From NCBI GenBank assembly GCA_028023455.1, contig JAQFVV010000003.1, forward strand, positions 21,266,001-21,330,000: a stretch of DNA of 64,000 nucleotides, in the 5' to 3' direction. The translations under genes and the position numbers were made by a program. Source of the DNA: Epiperipatus broadwayi (lineage: Eukaryota; Animalia; Onychophora). The notes beneath the pieces are model-generated. The model did not search any database and was not told the DNA's origin. It saw only the letters and a list, made by a program, of their open reading frames with translations. Shown piece after piece: positions 23,458 to 38,500 of this stretch (its first letter is position 1; each line of letters begins with the position of its first letter).

Positions 23458-26400
23458 TAAATAATAAAGCCTATGGTTTAAATAAAATTATTGTTTTTTT
23501 TTGTTATTAGATGTATTTTTGTTACTGCATTCACAATAATAAATTATAAATGATACAACTAAATATCTAATGTCTAAAATATATTTATTTTATTTGTATA
23601 ATATTATACTAAAAAGATATATATGTGAAAATATATTTCCATTGAAGTATAATGAAAATATATTATAAATTGTTTAATTTGTGTTAAATTTCCTCATCAA
23701 AAATTCCATTTGGTTGAATGAGTTAAAACTCTAAACTTTTGATTGGTCAATTACAGAATCAATAGTAAAATATATTCATCTTTTAATATTATATTCATTT
23801 TAGTTTCATTTGCAAAAGCAAATTAATAATTTGTTAGAATATGAAAGTGAATGAAAGTTTTTCCAAAAATAAATTTCTATTTATAATTACAAAAATATTT
23901 TATAGTGGAGAACTTAAAAAGAATGTTTATAACCTATTAGAAAATGTTGTGTATGTCATTGATTTTCTTTCTCAATTTATGTTCATGTAAAAGTAAATAT
24001 TTTTTACTAAAATCTTAATTATTTTTCTAAAATAATTTTATTTTCAGCATATTTTATCAAAATAATTTATAATATGTAAAAATAATATTAAAAAAATATT
24101 CTAAAACATTCATTTTCATTTTGAAAATTAAAACAAAAAAGTTGGAGCAGTGAAAATTGTTGACAAGTGCTTCCTTTTGTTCCATATGAGCAACGACCAA
24201 TCAGCACCTAGGAAAGTCTGCCTTTTCACATTTTTAAAACTTTAAATTTAAATATTATTGATTTTTTACTTGTAAAATAATTCAAGACAGGGCAACATCT
24301 TATGGTACTTTTTAAGCTTTCAAATAAGCATAAATTTGCTATGATAATGTAAAAACTGCCAGTTTTAAAATGAGTTAAACCCGTGTTCATCTAGAGATGA
24401 AGACTACAGTAAATGGATTAAAAATGTAAATGTTTATCTTTTTTATTCGTCATTATTGGGTAATTACATTTTTATTTATGGAATTCTGGCTAGAATTGAC
24501 TAAAGATGAATAAAAGATATTGCTTTAGTTACTATGGTATCAAGGGAAAAAGTTACAAATAGAAATAAAGAGAAAAAACTAGCTCTCTCTTGTTTTAGCT
24601 TCAACAGAAACATATCTAAATTTCCTTATATGATTTTATTTTTATTTATTTTAGAAGTATATAGTTAACTGGACCAAATGATGGAGTGAAAAGCAACATT
24701 ATTTGCTCAGAACTATACAGTAGGTTGAGGATTTGTAACAAGCAATATTTTTTTATAAAAATGAAAAGTAATTGAAAATTAATTCCTAGCATTTTCCAAA
24801 CCATCGAAAAGTTTTTTTACTTTAATAAAAATGAATATTACTTACTTTTCAATGATGAGATCTAAATGCTAATAACAGAAAAATGTACACGTAGATTATG
24901 TTCATCTACTAATATATTGTTATAAGCTTGATAAATTATTTATATGTGGAATAAAAATTGGTTCAATGTTCATAGCCATAATAATGGATCAACTTGCATT
25001 TGTTCACTTGTAATGTTTTATGAATTGATTATTTGCTAAATGAAAGAATATCTACATTGCATCATTATGTATATAAATTATTGTTTGTACACTTAAAATC
25101 TTATATAGATCAAATATCTGCTGAATGAAAAGATAATTTGAATATTTAGAAATAGTGGAATTAGCAAAATGTGTTTGAATCTTATAGCTTTTTGTAATAT
25201 TTCTACTTTTTCTGGAATAACAAAATATCAAATCGCAATTTTAAAAAAAAATTAACATTAGAATGATGATAGTATTTTTTAAATGCCATATTTAAAGTCT
25301 ATTACTCATGTCATTTGCTTATATTTATTATTATTGCTATTTTTTCGTCATTTAAAATGTATAATATTTATTGATAGAAATATTAGTAAATATAAGAGTT
25401 ATGTCTTTCTAAGTTTGAGTTTATATCTTGCAACATAATAATTATTATTTTAATTTAAAATATTTTTTTTATTTATTGATTATAAATTAACTTCAGATAT
25501 GACACTTATATTAAAAGTTCAAAAAGATTACATTGTAATAAGTATTTTATTTTGTTTTCTTAAATTTATATTAACAAATAAATAGATTCATATATATATA
25601 TATTATATTTCAATTGAGTATATTTTTATATTGTAATGGTAAAATTCACCCAACAAAATCCAGAATACAGGTAAAATACACAAAAGCTGATCGAGTCTAG
25701 ATGGTAAGATCCAGAATCCAACGAACGTTCAATCCTTTCACCCTTGCTCAATGATTTAGTACCTATGGATGACACATAGATTCAATTTATCCATGGTCTG
25801 GCAATAGCATCAGGGTGGAACACAATACTCATGAAATAACTAAATTGACAATGAATTAGTTGGATATATACACATATGGCTAAGTGAACCATTATTATAT
25901 TAATGAGTAATTACTAAATCTAATAATATGGTCTTTATATATATAATGATGCACATACAAACTAATATGGAGTTAGGTGGAAAATGAATTCACAGACAAT
26001 AATGACATGAAAACGAGTTATATTTTAAATAATATTAATTTAATAAAGAAAATGAAAGATATTAAAACTAAATTGTACAAAATTATGCAATTGGAACAAG
26101 GAAGATTACGCTCACAGGCATTACATAGTTAATGAAATTAGGGTCTACATATTGTCTCATTATAAGTGTTTAATAAAATGACATGCCGTATTCAAGTCTA
26201 TGTCTATATTAATATGCCAAATTCTAGATCTTTTGTAGTCTGCTAAATTATATGGAACATATTAGCCAAATTTATATAACTAATCTAATGGCACTGCTAT
26301 GGCATCTATCTATATATAACAGATTAAATTGAGCATATAATCAGGCTTGAGATATGCAAGATAGTATGTTAATCTAGATTTGGGTTTATCCTAATGCTGA

Positions 26401-29400
26401 ATAAGTCTTTAATATAAAGTAAGAGAAAACTCGTTTATTCTAGATTAATTTATATACATTATGGCACATATTAAAATATTAATAAAACTAGAAAGTGAGA
26501 ATGGGTCATTATTCATGGGCTTCAGCATCAAATGCTCAGTGCCTTAAGACTGAATGACTTGCTATGAATAAGAACAATAATAGTTCAGGGAATCATATAA
26601 CCATTAATATTAAAAATCTGAACCCTTGTGTTCCAGTACTAAGAGAGTTTGCTTTACCAAAACTAAGTGGATAAGTGTGATCTCTGCCAGTGACTTATCA
26701 AGAAACATGCAGCAAGCAGTTAATGTACATAATGTACTTAATAAGAACACATTCACAACTTACATATATATATATATAACATAAATATGTTGAATTAGCT
26801 TAGCGTGTCATAAAAATAGATAGCATCTATTTGCATATCTATACAACCCAGTTCTCAAGTTTAGTATTTAATTAGTAACCTAGTTTAAGATATCACCTGC
26901 ATCTCTAACATATATAAATCTAAGGAGGACAAAGCATATTTGAGGGGCAATTACTGACAAAACATTATAAATATGCTTTGATAATATCCATGTGGCTAGT
27001 TCCTATGATGTACGAATTACATATATAGAAAGTTATAATTTATAATTATAGTTGAGCAAACTACAATTTTAACTAGAATATTAATTCATAACATTTGTCA
27101 GCAAAACAACAACATGATCTCAAAACCACGAGTGAAAAAAGTAATAATTCAGTTATTTATTATTTATTATCACGAAGATTTGAAATTATCTTCGCAGAGA
27201 AATAGGCTAAAATTATATATATATACTTGTGGTCTCGAGTTATTTGGCATATTAAATATATGTAATATTAAAATGATAAAATAAAATAAATGAAATAGAT
27301 CAAAATAGGCATAAAAGACTGCAGAAAATTATATATATAGTTTAAAATAAATTATTACAATTTTACATTTTTGGAGTGAATCTTACATTAGAAGTTTTCT
27401 ATTCAGATAAGATCTAGTTTTACAGAAATTAGCATTTAAAATCTTTCTTTACAAATTTTAGAAAGTGGATTTATAAAGGCAGATTTGATAAATAGCTATC
27501 TTTAAATAGATAATTGAAAGTTAGAGTTTATGAACAGAGCTCTGATGATATTTATTAAATTACCAGTTAGTTGTCTTCAGTCAGTTTCAGGCACATGAGG
27601 ATGATGCAGTTGGCAGTCTTCTTTGGTGGTTTGATGTTCATGGAGATTCTTCCCCCATGTGCTGCTTTGCTGAGGTATAGTTCATTGTATTTTGCAGGGC
27701 CATGCTCCCATTCCTGGCAATGATAAAGTGGCAAGTGGTTGTCTACTTAGCCTGCCATTTCAAAGGTAAAACTAGTGCATTCAGCTTACAACTTAATTAT
27801 AATATGACTGATTTTTTGACTACAAAATTTGAACTATTTATCATTTTCTTAATTCTGACTATCTGGTTGTTTACTAGCTTGACCACAGTTGGAAAATCCA
27901 TTAACTCATTTTAGAAAAACACATTTAATTATTAAACTAATTTTAATTATGTTTTTTCACCTTTTTCTACCCTGGTTTATTATTACCAGTTGACTGCATT
28001 TTGTTTACAACTTTATAAAATTCTGAGAATTGTTATTAAAATTTTGGATTTATAAAATTAGACACATGCTATATTAAGACAATTGTGGTGGTCTCATGGA
28101 AAGTTGTTTACAACTTAAACTAAAAGCTGTATTTATAATTAGTATAAAACTAATTCTATCATTATATATGTAGGATGGTGGCATTGGGAATGCATTTATA
28201 TACATGTGATTTCAATAAAATAAACCATAAAATTGACTAATAATTTAGACTAAATTATCTTTTAAACTCGCAAATTTTTAAAATAAACATATATCTATAA
28301 TATATACATATACTATTTTATTACAGACTTACCACTTATATATATATGTGTGTGTGTGTGTGATCCAACATATATAGTAATTTAAGGTTATTTAGATGGA
28401 TATTCTGAGAGGGTTTAAATCTGGCATAGGTATAGGTGTGAGGGTAAAATATGTGAAACAGACAAGTGTTTGAAACTGACTATTGCAATATAAAATATAG
28501 AAAGAAGATATATCTTGAATTCTCTCATAATTTGGAAAGTCTAAACATTCTATAACATTGTTTGTATGTGCTACATAAATATATATTTATATTTAGTATC
28601 TATTCAGTGGAAATGTAGATGCAATCACTTATTTAAATATGAAGTTAATATCAATTGAAAACCTACTGCTTAAAGCATAATTGAATTATATGCATATATT
28701 TTAAATGGTTATTTGCCATATATATATCAATTTGTTAATAAATGTTGAATTAATTTAAAATAAATAAACTTACTTGATTGTCATTCAATTTTGCAATGCA
28801 AATTTATTGGTTAATTGTATTTGGATGAGATGATATTTACTAATTGATTATACCATATAATTCATTAGAAGCAGTTATAAAAATAATTCAGAAATCAAAA
28901 CCATGGAATGAGTAAGAAAGGATAATTATATATCATCTACTTTGTATTGAATTTAATGCATATTAACTGACCAGGTATATAACTTATACAGCAATAAATG
29001 AACTGACTTGACATTTTTAAATATTTAATAAGTAATTGGAAGCTTATTGTAATTATTTTGTTAAAACAAGTAATAGATATACTAAAGTAGAAATTATATA
29101 TGATTTGATTTGATGATTGATAAAAGTGCAAATATGATAATTATTGAAAATGAAAACAAAATAGTTGGAATGAAATGTTCACATATTTTATTTTAGGGCA
29201 ATATTGATTAAAATAAATATTACATTAAGTTAGTATACAGCCATAAAGTTTGTAATCTTATTCAGTTATAAAGCTGGTAATAGTAACATATTTTATTCTG
29301 TTACTTTACAAATTAGAATGATTTATTTTAATTATATTTAAAATTTGTTGGTGTAGATTATAAATGTAATTTAAATATTAAATTTTAATATTATTTGATT

Positions 29401-31327
29401 GTAATAAATTTAACAATCTTTCATGTGCTTTGACAGTTATAGTCTAAAGGTTTAATAATTTAGCTTTAGTGAACTGAAGTATAATTGGATGTGATCTGTC
29501 CATTGTTAGAATAAGCACCAAATAGTAATCTATCATTTTATATATTGTTATGATTAAATATTGAAAATCTTAAGTTTTTTTAATAGGATGATTTGATTTT
29601 ATAATATATTAAGTTGGTGAAAATGGAAAGATACATAGGGTTAATTGATTTTGTATTATTATTAAGTATTTAATCTTATTATAATTAACTTAGTTAATAA
29701 CAGTAAAATAGCAAGGTTGAGTTAGCATTATTTTTATTTTATTTAGTTATATTAGAAATCAATTACTGAGTTAAATATTTTGTTAAATATCATTGATGTT
29801 GTAAACTTGTAGGGCATATTAAGATTATTTCATTAATCTATGAATCATTTCATTTAAAAAAATTAGAAATAATGTTTGACTTTTGATACATTTTTGTCTT
29901 ATTATAAACAGTATGTTGATTCATAAAGAATATTAAAGTTTATCTGTGCAATTCTTTGTCATTATTTTCATTCTATTAGAAGGGATCTATATTATAGGCA
30001 TATACTATTATTTATAAGACAGTGATACTTAGTATTATTGCTTTATCTTTGATTTATTGCAAATACTGCTTAGTTTGAAGTAATTTTTTATTAGTTTTCT
30101 ATCCCTTCTAAATGCTATCGGAATTTATGAGGTTATAACAAAGATTATTATCATTGTTTCAATAACGTAAGTATTAGATTGTTATTCATTGATTGATATT
30201 CATCTTAGTTTAGTTTATTATTTTCATTCTGTTACAAATGACACTACAATTCGTGGGCATTATTAAATTAGGATTGTTCTTCTTTAGTTTATTATTTTTG
30301 TTCTGTTGCAAGTGATAATCAATAATTAGGCTATTACTCAGGATACAGCATGGCCCACATATTTATTCTTTTACCAATTGCTACCCAAACCAGTGGGGCT
30401 ATAAAAGAGGTTAGTATACGCATATATTTATTCTGTTACAATATATACACATATATAATATTATTTGAATGGTATTTTTAAAAATCTTATAAAATTTGCT
30501 ACTACAAAAATCGAAGAAATAAAAGTTTTGGAATAATAGTATTCCACATGGATAATGGTTTTTGATACCCCTTTAGAATTTCACTATTTCTGGTTTATTT
30601 ATATAAAGGTTGTAGCATCAGTTGCAATAACTTTTTAATATTACTGGCTAGATAAATAAATGTAAATTTAAGTACTTTTTTTTAAAACATTAACCCCTTC
30701 TCCTTTGCTCGTACAATATTTGTGTAATAAATAATTTACTACACATATAATTTTTAAAATTGTAATCCTAAAAAGACTGCTCCAATTTTATAATCAACTT
30801 TCTCATAGTCAGTTGTGTTTGTAATTGAATGATTTGTTTTTGGTAACCAATAATATTTTTCTATCATCTATAGCTTAATTTAGGTATTATTGTCTTTTTT
30901 ATATTTTTAGTTATGAATAAAATTGCACATAAAACAGGGAGAAAATTTTTGTAAAAAAATAAATATTTACCCTTTTTAAATCTCATTTATAAATAAAAAT
31001 ATTTTTTTTTAGCTATCATTAAAAGCAATTTTATTTGTATTGAAAAGTATTTTTTCCTTCCATCATTTGGTTTCATGTTAGCTAGGTTACAAAAATTTGA
31101 TACATAGCCCATAACACTTACAGTTTTTCCCTTTATTTATGTAAATAAATTTACTTATCTATCATATAATCAATTGCTCAAGAGACCAAATATTGTTCAA
31201 ATGGTAGGTTAAGTACTCAGTTCTATCATTAATCAACCAAACTGAGTGTTTTTTAGCTGGGAATGGGTTCAAAGACATTTGCTTGTTTAGTCTGATATTG
31301 TATGTTAAACTGTTAGGTCAATGCAGT

Positions 31328-31353
31328 AATAATAATAATAATAATAATAATAA

Positions 31354-31388
<35 letters not shown>

Positions 31389-31417
31389 ATAGTAATAATA
31401 ATAATAATAATAATAAT
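31328..31417 (+). repeat. Compound microsatellite (AAT)n(AGT)n(AAT)n
   Basis: An AAT run switches to an AGT run and back; it explains the poly-N/poly-S ORF at 31283-31465. Confidence 0.95.
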
Positions 31418-34400
31418 ATGTTTTTAACTGTATTTCAGAACTATCTATTACAAGTCAATATTTGAATTTATTTTGTACAAATTAGGCTGAATGAAAATTT
31501 ATAGCATTTAAACAGTATCTAAAATAATATTTGACCATGTTCCATGAATAAAAACCTCATTTTTTGGCAGATAATAGTAGAGAATGTTGGCTTCTTATCT
31601 TTCAATAATGGTTCATGAAACTCAGTAATATTTAATTCATATTAATTACAAGTTCATGGAAGGTTTGTAATATCATCCCATATTTATCAAAAAATATTGG
31701 ATAGTAGGAAGAATTAGAACATTGTCATTTTAAATATTGGCAGCAGTCTTTGAAAATAATATTTAAGCTCAGGATAAATTTGTTCCAAAATTCTCTAACA
31801 GTCTGTCCTTATAATATATACATATAAAGTAATGATTGGACTAAGAGACTATTCTATTTAAATCATAGCAATTCTAATGCAATGTTTTATATTTGGAAGA
31901 AGATAGTCTAGTTGATTTTTTTTAATGAAGGGGAAGAAATGATCAAATCATTCCCTTGTTTGGGGAAATGCAAATTGCAGTTGCTCACTATGTGGTATGT
32001 TTTTAATCATCGATTCTCCAATTTTTATAGAGATGTCAAAACATTGCAATGTTTAAATCACTGAAAACAAAGACATTGAAATGGCAACTTGCCATAAATA
32101 TTTTTCTGTGAAGTTCATTATAGATTGCTTTGATAAATGCAAGCGTTTTAATTGATATGTGTTAATTTTTGAAACAATTGATTTGGCTGGGATTTGTGTT
32201 TTCTGACTTGAAATCTTCTGTAGAAATATTATGCATTGGTTTTCAATTACATTTTATTCTATCAACTTCCAATACTATGAATATGGGAGGTAAAGGTTCC
32301 TGAAAGTGTCAGTCTTATAATTTCCTTAATATTGAGCTTAACTTGTTTGCATAATGCGCAATTTGTAACTTACATCATCTTTGTGAATGCAGTCATTGCT
32401 CTTAATAATGACATTAAAACATTTCAGTAGTTTTGAATCTCAATGCTCCAACTATTTGAGTGTCAATTATTTGACTAATTTTGTTAGTGTAATTCACTTA
32501 TACACAAATATAAACCTTATCAGTGTTAATATAATTAAACAACCAAAATTTTGTTACTTAAAATTTTATTATCACATCAATCATCTATATTTACATACAA
32601 TATGTAATTTATATATTTTTTAAATTTGTGTTTCTGCAAAAAAGTAGATTACTACTCAAAACAAATGACAACCAAATAGATATTTTATTGCTTATATTTA
32701 TTTTATTTGATTTTTTCATCAGCTTCACAAAAGTCAGATATAGATTATTTTTATTTATGAAGATCATTCATGAAGATCTGTGAAGATCATCCACTGACTT
32801 TTAGAATAGAACATTGGTTTAACAAAAGTTAAGTATTGTTCGAATACAAACAACCTTTTTTTTCTCCCTCTTTTTTTCTAAAACCCTAAAATCAAATGCT
32901 ATTGTTCTAACCCAAAGCAGTGTAAATATTCATTCCTACTGAAATGCCTGAAATATATATATAATTCAATATCCAATTTCAGTTTACAGCAAGATAATTT
33001 AAAACAAGGGATATCAACATCATGCGAGTGGAATATTTATGAAGCAATGGAATATACTGATTGCCTCACCAATGATTGATGACCAGAAATAAAAGAACTT
33101 TATTGTTAATGAACATAGCTACTTAAATTTTGGAAAATGAATAGAATAATATCATAAACTTTAAATACATCATATTATTTTCGCATATCATCTATAAATA
33201 TTTAATTTTATATCTTTTGCCTTTAAAACTTGCTTGCTTTGGAATAATCCATTTTGGCAAATCATTAGAAGAAAAATGGGGAAAGATCATCGAGTTAAAT
33301 ATTTTTTTATTTAATAAAATGTAGGTCCTCCTTATGTAGTGACTTGACCAGATTAATAATTAAATTTAATATGAACGTAAGATTTTATTGTTCTTCATAT
33401 CAAATTCATTCACTTATGACAAGACAAAATTTTTGTATATTATTAATTTAATTAATTTAGTAATATTTTTTGTTTATTATTCAGGTATAAATGACTAATA
33501 TTCTTAAATGAAAGGTTTTTTCTTTCAACAATAGCCACCATACATAGATGGGAGGTCTTATAGAAAATGGAATTTTCTCAAAAGGATTGAATATTACAAA
33601 GGTCTTCATTTATACTTATATTGTTTAATTTAAACTTAATTAGCTAGTGTTATCATAATCTTTGGAATTAGGAAATGTTATTTATTTTTGCAATCTATTA
33701 AATATTGTTTGTTCTATGATACATATCTACTGTCGAATATGAGAAGGTACGATTTTGAAATGAATATACTAATATAGTAGAAATGTATGTAAGCAATTAT
33801 AATCAAAAATTTTGTTATACAAAAATAAATTTAAATTGTTTTCAATTAATAAATATTGTTAAACTTATTTTAAATTTATATAAACATAATTATAATTTAT
33901 TTTAAATTTAAGGAAGTCTCTGATTTATTTAAATTATTTATTTTATTTTTATAATAAAATAAAATTGAGTATATATACCCACATGACTTAACATCATGAT
34001 AACTTGGTTGGAAGGAATTTTGAGAATCTATTGAATTTATGGAAAGTATTATTATTGCTACAGGATATCAATTTGCCCCTGAAGAGAATTAAGTGTAAAA
34101 TTAACCCTGAGTTTGAATACTGAGCATAAAAGAATAATAAAGAGAGGGGAAGATTGGATGAACTGGTCTAAGTTGTATCTATACTGAATATTTAAACATT
34201 AAATTATCACATCTGAAATAGATACAATCATGGATTAGATTTTTATCACATCATTCATGGCATCCTACATGAAGACCCAGGTCCAATCATAGTTAGATGC
34301 ATTCACCATCATTCCTTAAGGGAATACAGACAGTTATAATATATATATAATCAATCAAGATATTTTTTGAAAGTTCATAAAAAGTTAAAGTACGGGAAGA

Positions 34401-35309
34401 GACAGAGTTGAGCTTTGATTCATAGATTGTGATCTCCAGAGTTTGTTACTCTATCTCAATACTAAATCAGGCAGGGCAATAGAAATGTTAAAATATATCA
34501 AGTAAAAGATTTAAAAAAAAAAAAAAAAGACATATTTTAAAAAAATAATTAAATTGACTTTTTTGTTCGCATGGCAATTTAAAATTAAAAATATTTTTAC
34601 TGAACATTAAATTTAAAAAAAAAAACAATTCAAAATTAGTTTTTTAAATTACTAAATTTGAAGTATAAAAATGATTGTTTTTAATGTTCATTTAAATGCA
34701 GAATATTGTTATATTAAATAAAGTTAGACTAATTAATATGACTCTTTTTTTTTTAAAGCATGTTTTTTTAATTCCAAAAAATGATCAAAGATCTAACACC
34801 AAAATATGATCAATGGGTTTTTTTTTTTATTTGGATAATGGTAACTGATAGACTGATTTGTTGATGGCATGGAGTCATTAATAAATGTCTAAATATACAA
34901 TCGTCAGTAAAAAGCACTCAGAAATACAGGATGAATTTTGACCAAATGCTAAATATGCTATTTTTAGAACAATCTCAGTGAAATTACATGACTTTTTCAT
35001 ATGCTTCTGAGAGCAGTAAACATCTATTACTTGTTTATACTATTTGATCCAATAGCCTGAAAATAAAAATTAATCTAAGATTGTCAACTTAAGTGAATTT
35101 TCTTTCATAGTTATACAATTATGACATCAGGTCAATTTCTATATATTTTGGAAACCTTAGTTTTATAGAATTCTAAAATAATTTGTTGTATAAATATATG
35201 TACAAAAGCCTTTTATCCCAATAATTTATATAGAAATAAATTTCAAAAGCATAAGGGACCATTTATGCTTAGTGCTATAGTTATATAAAGCAACCTTTTT
35301 TAATAAATA

Positions 35310-35570
35310 AATTGTTTAAACTTATTCATTCTGTAGTTGGAGAGAGATGGAATCTCATTTTTAACTGTGTGTAATTAAAAATAAATAATAAATTTTAGAT
35401 TGTTACTATAATAAATATTCCATTTACATAGCACTGACTAAATATGTAATATAAATAAGGTGATAAACCTCCAGTCATGCACTTTTATGAATTTACATGC
35501 ACTTACCCACAGTGGTTAAAAATGAGATTTCATCTCTCTCTTGCTATAGAATGAATAAGTTTAAACAATT
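35310..35570. repeat. Foldback inverted repeat (~60-bp arms)
   Basis: AATTGTTTAAACTTATTCATTCTGTAGTTGGAGAGAGATGGAATCTCATTTTTAACTGTG (35310-35369) pairs with 35508-35570. Confidence 0.82.
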
Positions 35571-38500
35571 CATTCATTAAATTATAATTCAGGCACACAA
35601 TAGGTTAAATCCTGATTTCAGAATACTGAGCACAAATGTTGGTTTATATAATGATAAGCTAATAACTGGTCCATTTATGCTTTTTAAATTAATACTCATG
35701 GGTGAGTGAATGTAAATTCAGAAAAGCACATGGCTTTGTCACCTTATTTATATTATATATGTAGTCAGCACTATTTAAATAGACTAATTACTAGAGTAAA
35801 AATTTACTATATATATATTATTATTATTATTATTATTAAACAAAATTATCATTAACATGGCCCATAATTTTGTTATTGTTATGTATTGCATAAAATTATA
35901 CATCATCTCAGTTCAAAAATTGGTTTTTATAGTCATTCTAAAATTTGTATTAAACTTGTCTTTATGTGGTATTAGGATAAGCATATTAATCTATGAATCC
36001 TGACAAAAAATGATAATGAGCAATTATTATATAATTATGTAATTCTAAAGAATTTTATAACTTGCTTTTTGTCACTAACTGTAATAATTAAGAAAATGTT
36101 GAAACATTTAACAGCAGATCAGGTTTGATTTATAATAAAGAAATGTATTTAAAGCTAAGCACTTTCAATACTGAATAATATCACAATCATAGCATTAAAT
36201 GACTAAAAGTAGTTGAGATCCAGATTTAAAGTTATTTTAAATACCATAGAATAAATTATCATAAAATTGAATTTTTAGTAGTATATTTACATACTAATAA
36301 TGAAAAATGGTACCCACAAGTATCATTTTTAAGAGGGATGCTAGAGTTCTTTTTTATTAATGCCATGAATATTTTTACCTATTGATCATGCCTTCTTCAC
36401 TTTTCTATTTCTATCATCTCTCTCAAAGCAAACAATGTCAGTTGTAGAGAGCTCAAAGTTGTGGCCTGACTGCAACTCATTAGCCAAAAAACAAAAAAAT
36501 GTTCACTGCTTTATTTTGCACTGCTGTGTAAATAATTATACTGGGCAAGTCATGTAGATAAATTAGCTCCCCTTTCTCCATACAAACCTTTAGGCAATTA
36601 TATCTTTTGCAATTAGTTTTGTACACAATTTGGTGTGAAGCCTCTCTAGTTATTTTATCTTTTGAATTATTTAATAACATTCTTAAAGACAGAGGCAAGA
36701 AAAAGCTGCTATTGTATTTGTTTGCACAAATATTTTTTAAATTTATGTAGATGTTATTATAAAAATTAGCTATAAGTGAATTTATTTTTTTAGAATTGTA
36801 CCCCTGTTGATTAAGTTTTTATATATAGCTCTACATTTTTTCTCCAATCTGCTTCAGATTTTCACAGCTTCAAGTTTCTATGGAGAAAATATGCTAGAGC
36901 TGAATATTTATGAGAGAAAGGGTGTATGGTTCCTCTTACATATATGTATATTGTATTAATAAAAAATACAAAACACAACTAATGCATTTTTCCTCTAACA
37001 TGTACATGTAAAACTTAAAGTTGTTCATATGCATTTATAATATGAAACACATATTAAGTAATAATATTTTTCTATGATATATATCAATATGCATATAAGT
37101 CTGTATTTATATAAACATTTGTAAGTTTGTATACACTGTGTCAATGTATATATATTATACTGATTCTGTTAAAAAATAATTTATAAAGTTAATAATACTG
37201 TTTAAACCTAACATGGAGAAATAAATACATTGTTATTTTTTATAAAATAAATAATTGAATGTTTTATTACTCAGGATTTCCTAAAAAGTTTCAATGCAAA
37301 AAAGGTCTAGAGTTGGACTTTTAACTCCCAAATTTGGTATTCAATCCCAACACCAAACTATTACTAGGGATATTTCTATTATTCTTTATTGATAAGGTTG
37401 CTAACTGAAAATTTTGATAGAAGTTTTAGGCAGTTTTTCCAAAGAAAATGAAAAGATATTATCCAGAAACTAATATAATAAATAAATAAACTGATGCTAT
37501 CTTTATATAAAATTGGGTTAAAAGCCGTTCTACTTATAAAAAAAATAGCCTTTTTTTAACATTGCAAAAATTATGGAACTTAAAAACGAAAAATTCTCAT
37601 GCTTTTGCAAATTCATTTTATCAAGATATAAAGATAAAATAGACGATAGAGATTGCTTTTTATTATTTTGGATTAACAAAGGAGTTGTGATCTGATAATT
37701 TTGGTAAAACTTTTAGATATATATTATACATAAATAAAAAAGTAATTGACTCATTACTAGTGGGTTAATAAAGCAATGTTATTTCTATATAAATGTGAAT
37801 TGAAAATTATTCAACTTATAAAAAAGAGTTTTTGGGTGTGTTTGTTTGTTTCTGTTATTGTTGTTTTCTAAAAATTAAAAAAATTTAAAACAATAAAGTG
37901 TTTCATTCTTTCCAAATTCACGTCACTAAGGTATGAAATTGAAAAGGACAAAGAAAAACTGTTTGATAAATTAAAATTTGTTTAAAAATAAATCTGGCTA
38001 AAATCAATCATAGTTTGTAATTTTTTTTTTTAATTATGCTTTCTCCAAGCTCCAAATAAAAAATAAATAAATAAATATTTTTTTTTAATATTGCTTTTTT
38101 TTTAAATTTTTAATTATTAAATTGATTTTATGTCTTATTTTAACAATATAATTTGCTATTACTTACCACGCTTAACATAATTTACTTTTTTTATTTTACG
38201 ACTAATGGTTATCTTATAACTTTAATGGTTTCTTTATGTTATTAAAATGCATTATTTGATTTTTAGCACACAGTTTAAGACTTAGAAATTGTTTACGATT
38301 TTTTTTGACAATTATTTTTCTTTATAAAATAGTTCACTTAAGTATCATAAATATTTTGTGCATGCTTACATTTAAATTCCTATCATGGTTTTGCTTTTTT
38401 TTTTTTTTTGTCAAATTATTGCAATAATCAATCTATACCTTGTGCTGAAATTCTATAACAAACAGTCATTTGAATTTAGAGCCAATATTATTTCCTATTC

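Noticed and set aside
23560-23830. Possible upstream continuation of the PLE RT beyond the RTE (YFNGNIF; DEYILL..D) on the minus strand
   Set aside because: Motifs are weak in very AT-rich sequence, and the spacing to the motifs at 20280 is several hundred bases too long.
24185-24210. GACCAATCAGC CCAAT box
   Set aside because: An isolated motif with no other promoter evidence; common in repeats.
27587-27755. GC-richer block with AG/GT boundaries resembling two exons; ORF 27702-27914
   Set aside because: The implied intron is only ~23 bp and no translation is recognisable; more likely an unclassified TE fragment.
29480-30370. Possible second PLE RT remnant (IIDVVNL at ~29790)
   Set aside because: Only one plausible motif; no YxDD or other motifs found at the right spacing.
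31900-32260. Possible transposase zinc-finger remnant (CSLCG)
   Set aside because: A single short motif with stops in all frames and no terminal repeats.
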